Assembly: GCA_009103225.1 (NCBI GenBank)
Contig: RHPI01003369.1
Location: 1,935,779 to 1,985,818 of the forward strand
Direction of reading: 5' to 3'
Source of the DNA: Chlorokybus atmophyticus
Lineage: Eukaryota > Plantae > Mesostigma and Chlorokybus algae
DNA: 50,040 nucleotides
Below the pieces are notes generated by a model. That model ran no database searches. It was not told the DNA's origin and worked only from the letters and a program-made list of their open reading frames with translations. Positions 48,269-50,040 of this stretch are shown here, piece by piece (position 1 is the first letter of the stretch; the number at the start of each line of letters is the position of its first letter). A program made the position numbers and the translations under genes.

Positions 48269-49287
48269 CTCTCTCGCTCTCTCGTTCGCTCTCTCGCTCT
48301 CTCGCTCTTTCTCGCTCTCTCGCTCTCTCTCTCTCTCTCGCGCGCGCAGCGTGTATGGGCGCAAGTACGTGTATCATCGCACGCTGCTCAACATGAATGA
48401 GGTTGGGGAGGCCGCGGCGAGAGCCGTGCGCGTTACTGCTGCCAAATATGGCCAGCCTGGCGTTCGCACACGTATCACTAGCCTGGATGATCTGGAGGGA
48501 GCCCACATCCTCTGCCCAACAGGTACAGCTGTAGCTCTTTTATTGTTGTAATTGCGGACTTTGCTGCCCAATAGTTTACCGATATGACTTATCTTCAGAC
48601 CCAAAGAACCAGCCCGAGTTCAGGGATCAGGTACATATATCCTGCATGCCCTTGCGCGCGCATGCTGCAACTGCTACATGTATACGCACGCAGGTTAAAC
48701 CGGTTTGTGTGTCTTGATAAGGTGCTGGCTTTTGCGCACACCGATGTGTATGTGGGTTCACATGGCGCCAACGGCGCGCTTGCTCTCTTTCTCCCGCGCT
48801 GCGCCACCTTCTTGGAGGTGGGTCTGCGCTGACATGACACTCGCACGTCACAACACCATGCAATGCAATGCATGTGCATGCACGCTCAAACACTTAAACT
48901 TCTCCTGTTGTGCACATCGCGAAGATTGCGTCTGAGTGCTCGCAGGGGTTGTGGTCCGCAGCGCCAACCCACGCGGAAGCCATCAGCGTTCGCTGCGCAT
49001 TCATTAACGGCCTGCACCGTCAGACGGACACCGCGGAGCGACCCAATATCAAGGTCACATTGGTTGAGAAGGACTACTCAGACCACTTTGGCTTTCCAGC
49101 CGGCAGCAACTTGTCTTCGACGTGCCAGGGACTGCGCAAGGGGCTCGGTTACATGGGCTACAAGCTTTCACCAGACTATGTCGCTGATGTGGAAGGTGTG
49201 GCTGCGTGGGTCGCCACAGCTGTCCAAGACATGGTGGATCCCGATGTGGCAACACAAGAACGATTGCGTAACACTTGCAAAGGGTGA
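46191..49287 (+). CDS. GT61-family (DUF563) glycosyltransferase, type II membrane protein. Exons 46191-46474, 46685-46838, 46919-47008, 47075-47313, 47406-47523, 47677-47915, 48350-48522, 48599-48630, 48722-48817, 48925-49287
   Basis: All intron phases are consistent. N-terminal hydrophobic anchor (MALLQLLLPAWLRAVLLSLGTAATLLVLL), GHNAGHHIMENI, and the GT61 signature FRDQVLAFAHTDVYVGSHGANGALALFLPRCATFLE. Two of the acceptors are AAG and therefore less certain. Confidence 0.85.
47967..48339. repeat. (CT)n tract with assembly gap (N at 48020-48235) in GT61 intron 6
   Basis: Direct reading. Confidence 0.95.
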
Positions 49288-49639
49288 TATGGGTTCATGC
49301 CTGCAGTAGGTACGTTAGATTCTGCACAGTTTCCTCTCCTCTAGTTCTTCAGCATTGCTCTCTCTTCTATATGATATTGCGGACTTGCTGTGGCGTGTCA
49401 TAAGTTGAAGTAGATTTCGCTCGCTAGTTGATAGGTATATCAACAATTCAAAGCAAGGGCTTTTGTTTTGATAAAGAAAGAGGATTATTTCAATAAGCTC
49501 TCGTGACGTGTTGCAGAGTGCAATCGGTTTATAGTAACTTTGCTTGCTTGCACACAAGAACCAAAACATGCATTAAGCATCAACAGAGCTATTGTAAAAG
49601 GCTAGCAAAGGAATGTCAAACAAGGAGAAAAGCTAAGCG

Positions 49640-50040
49640 CTAGCTACCGTAGTTCATAAGGAAGGGAGTGACACCTGTGCTTGCATTGTGGTGGTGGTTG
49701 ATCGCAAACTCAACCAACTCAAGCAGCTCCTTCCAATTGTCTTGTCGCGCGTTAACGTAGCAACGCAGCATGTCCTCGATCACACGGTTGGCCCGCTCCG
49801 TTTGCCCATCAGTTTGCGGGTGGAATGCCGTGCTAAACTTCAGTGTGGTACCCAGTGCACTATGCAGCGCCTCCCAAAACTTACTTGTAAAGCGCGGATC
49901 GCGATCACTCACAATGCTTCGTGGTAATCCATGAGAACGAAATACATGCTTCACAAACAAGCGTGCTGCCTCCGGTGCCGTGCAAGACTCACTACACGGT
50001 GCCAAGCGTACCATTTTGCTGGTTTTATCGACGAACACAA
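49640..50040 (-). mobile_element. Ty3/Gypsy (chromovirus-like) integrase core fragment, running off the window edge
   Basis: FVDKTSKMVRLAP...HGLPRSIVSDRDPRFTSKFW...STAFHPQTDGQTERANR...VEFAINHHHNASTGVTPFLMNYG, truncated after NYG. Confidence 0.95.

Noticed and set aside
1-50040. CRISPR arrays, rRNA or tRNA genes, prokaryotic operons
   Set aside because: None seen. The repeats are microsatellites or transposon termini, and the genes are spliced.

Overview
Eukaryotic, intron-rich genomic DNA. It looks algal, but the host cannot be fixed from sequence alone. About 60% of the window is decayed Ty3/Gypsy-type retrotransposon. Host genes: the 3' end of a sulfotransferase (79-743), a 6-exon gene of unknown function (4977-6358), a single-repeat PQ-loop/SemiSWEET-like transporter (9708-10182, minus), a 10-exon GT61 glycosyltransferase (46191-49287) and a probable F-box/LRR pseudogene. 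The main result is two related but divergent minus-strand retroelements, E1 (11432-22772) and E2 (33494-43975). Both have the order Gag(2xCCHC) - large unknown domain - aspartic protease - DNMT3-like C5 cytosine methyltransferase - RT - RNase H - DDE integrase, and E1 also ends in a PHD finger. Both are bounded by TGTC/TGAC-type ends and 4-bp target-site duplications (AATG, ACTT), but neither has a normal LTR pair. E1 has split direct repeats (A1-internal-B1-A2-B2), the layout known from tyrosine-recombinase PAT/Ngaro elements, with a palindromic CA-gc-TG junction between B1 and A2. E2 has unrelated left and right termini (A1-internal-B), as expected after B1xB2 recombination. The window also holds a degraded chromovirus (25927-31340) with a MITE in its gag, a solo LTR inside the E1 RT, and an integrase fragment at the right edge. 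All alignments, counts and domain calls were made by eye. Domain boundaries are approximate and no database search was run.
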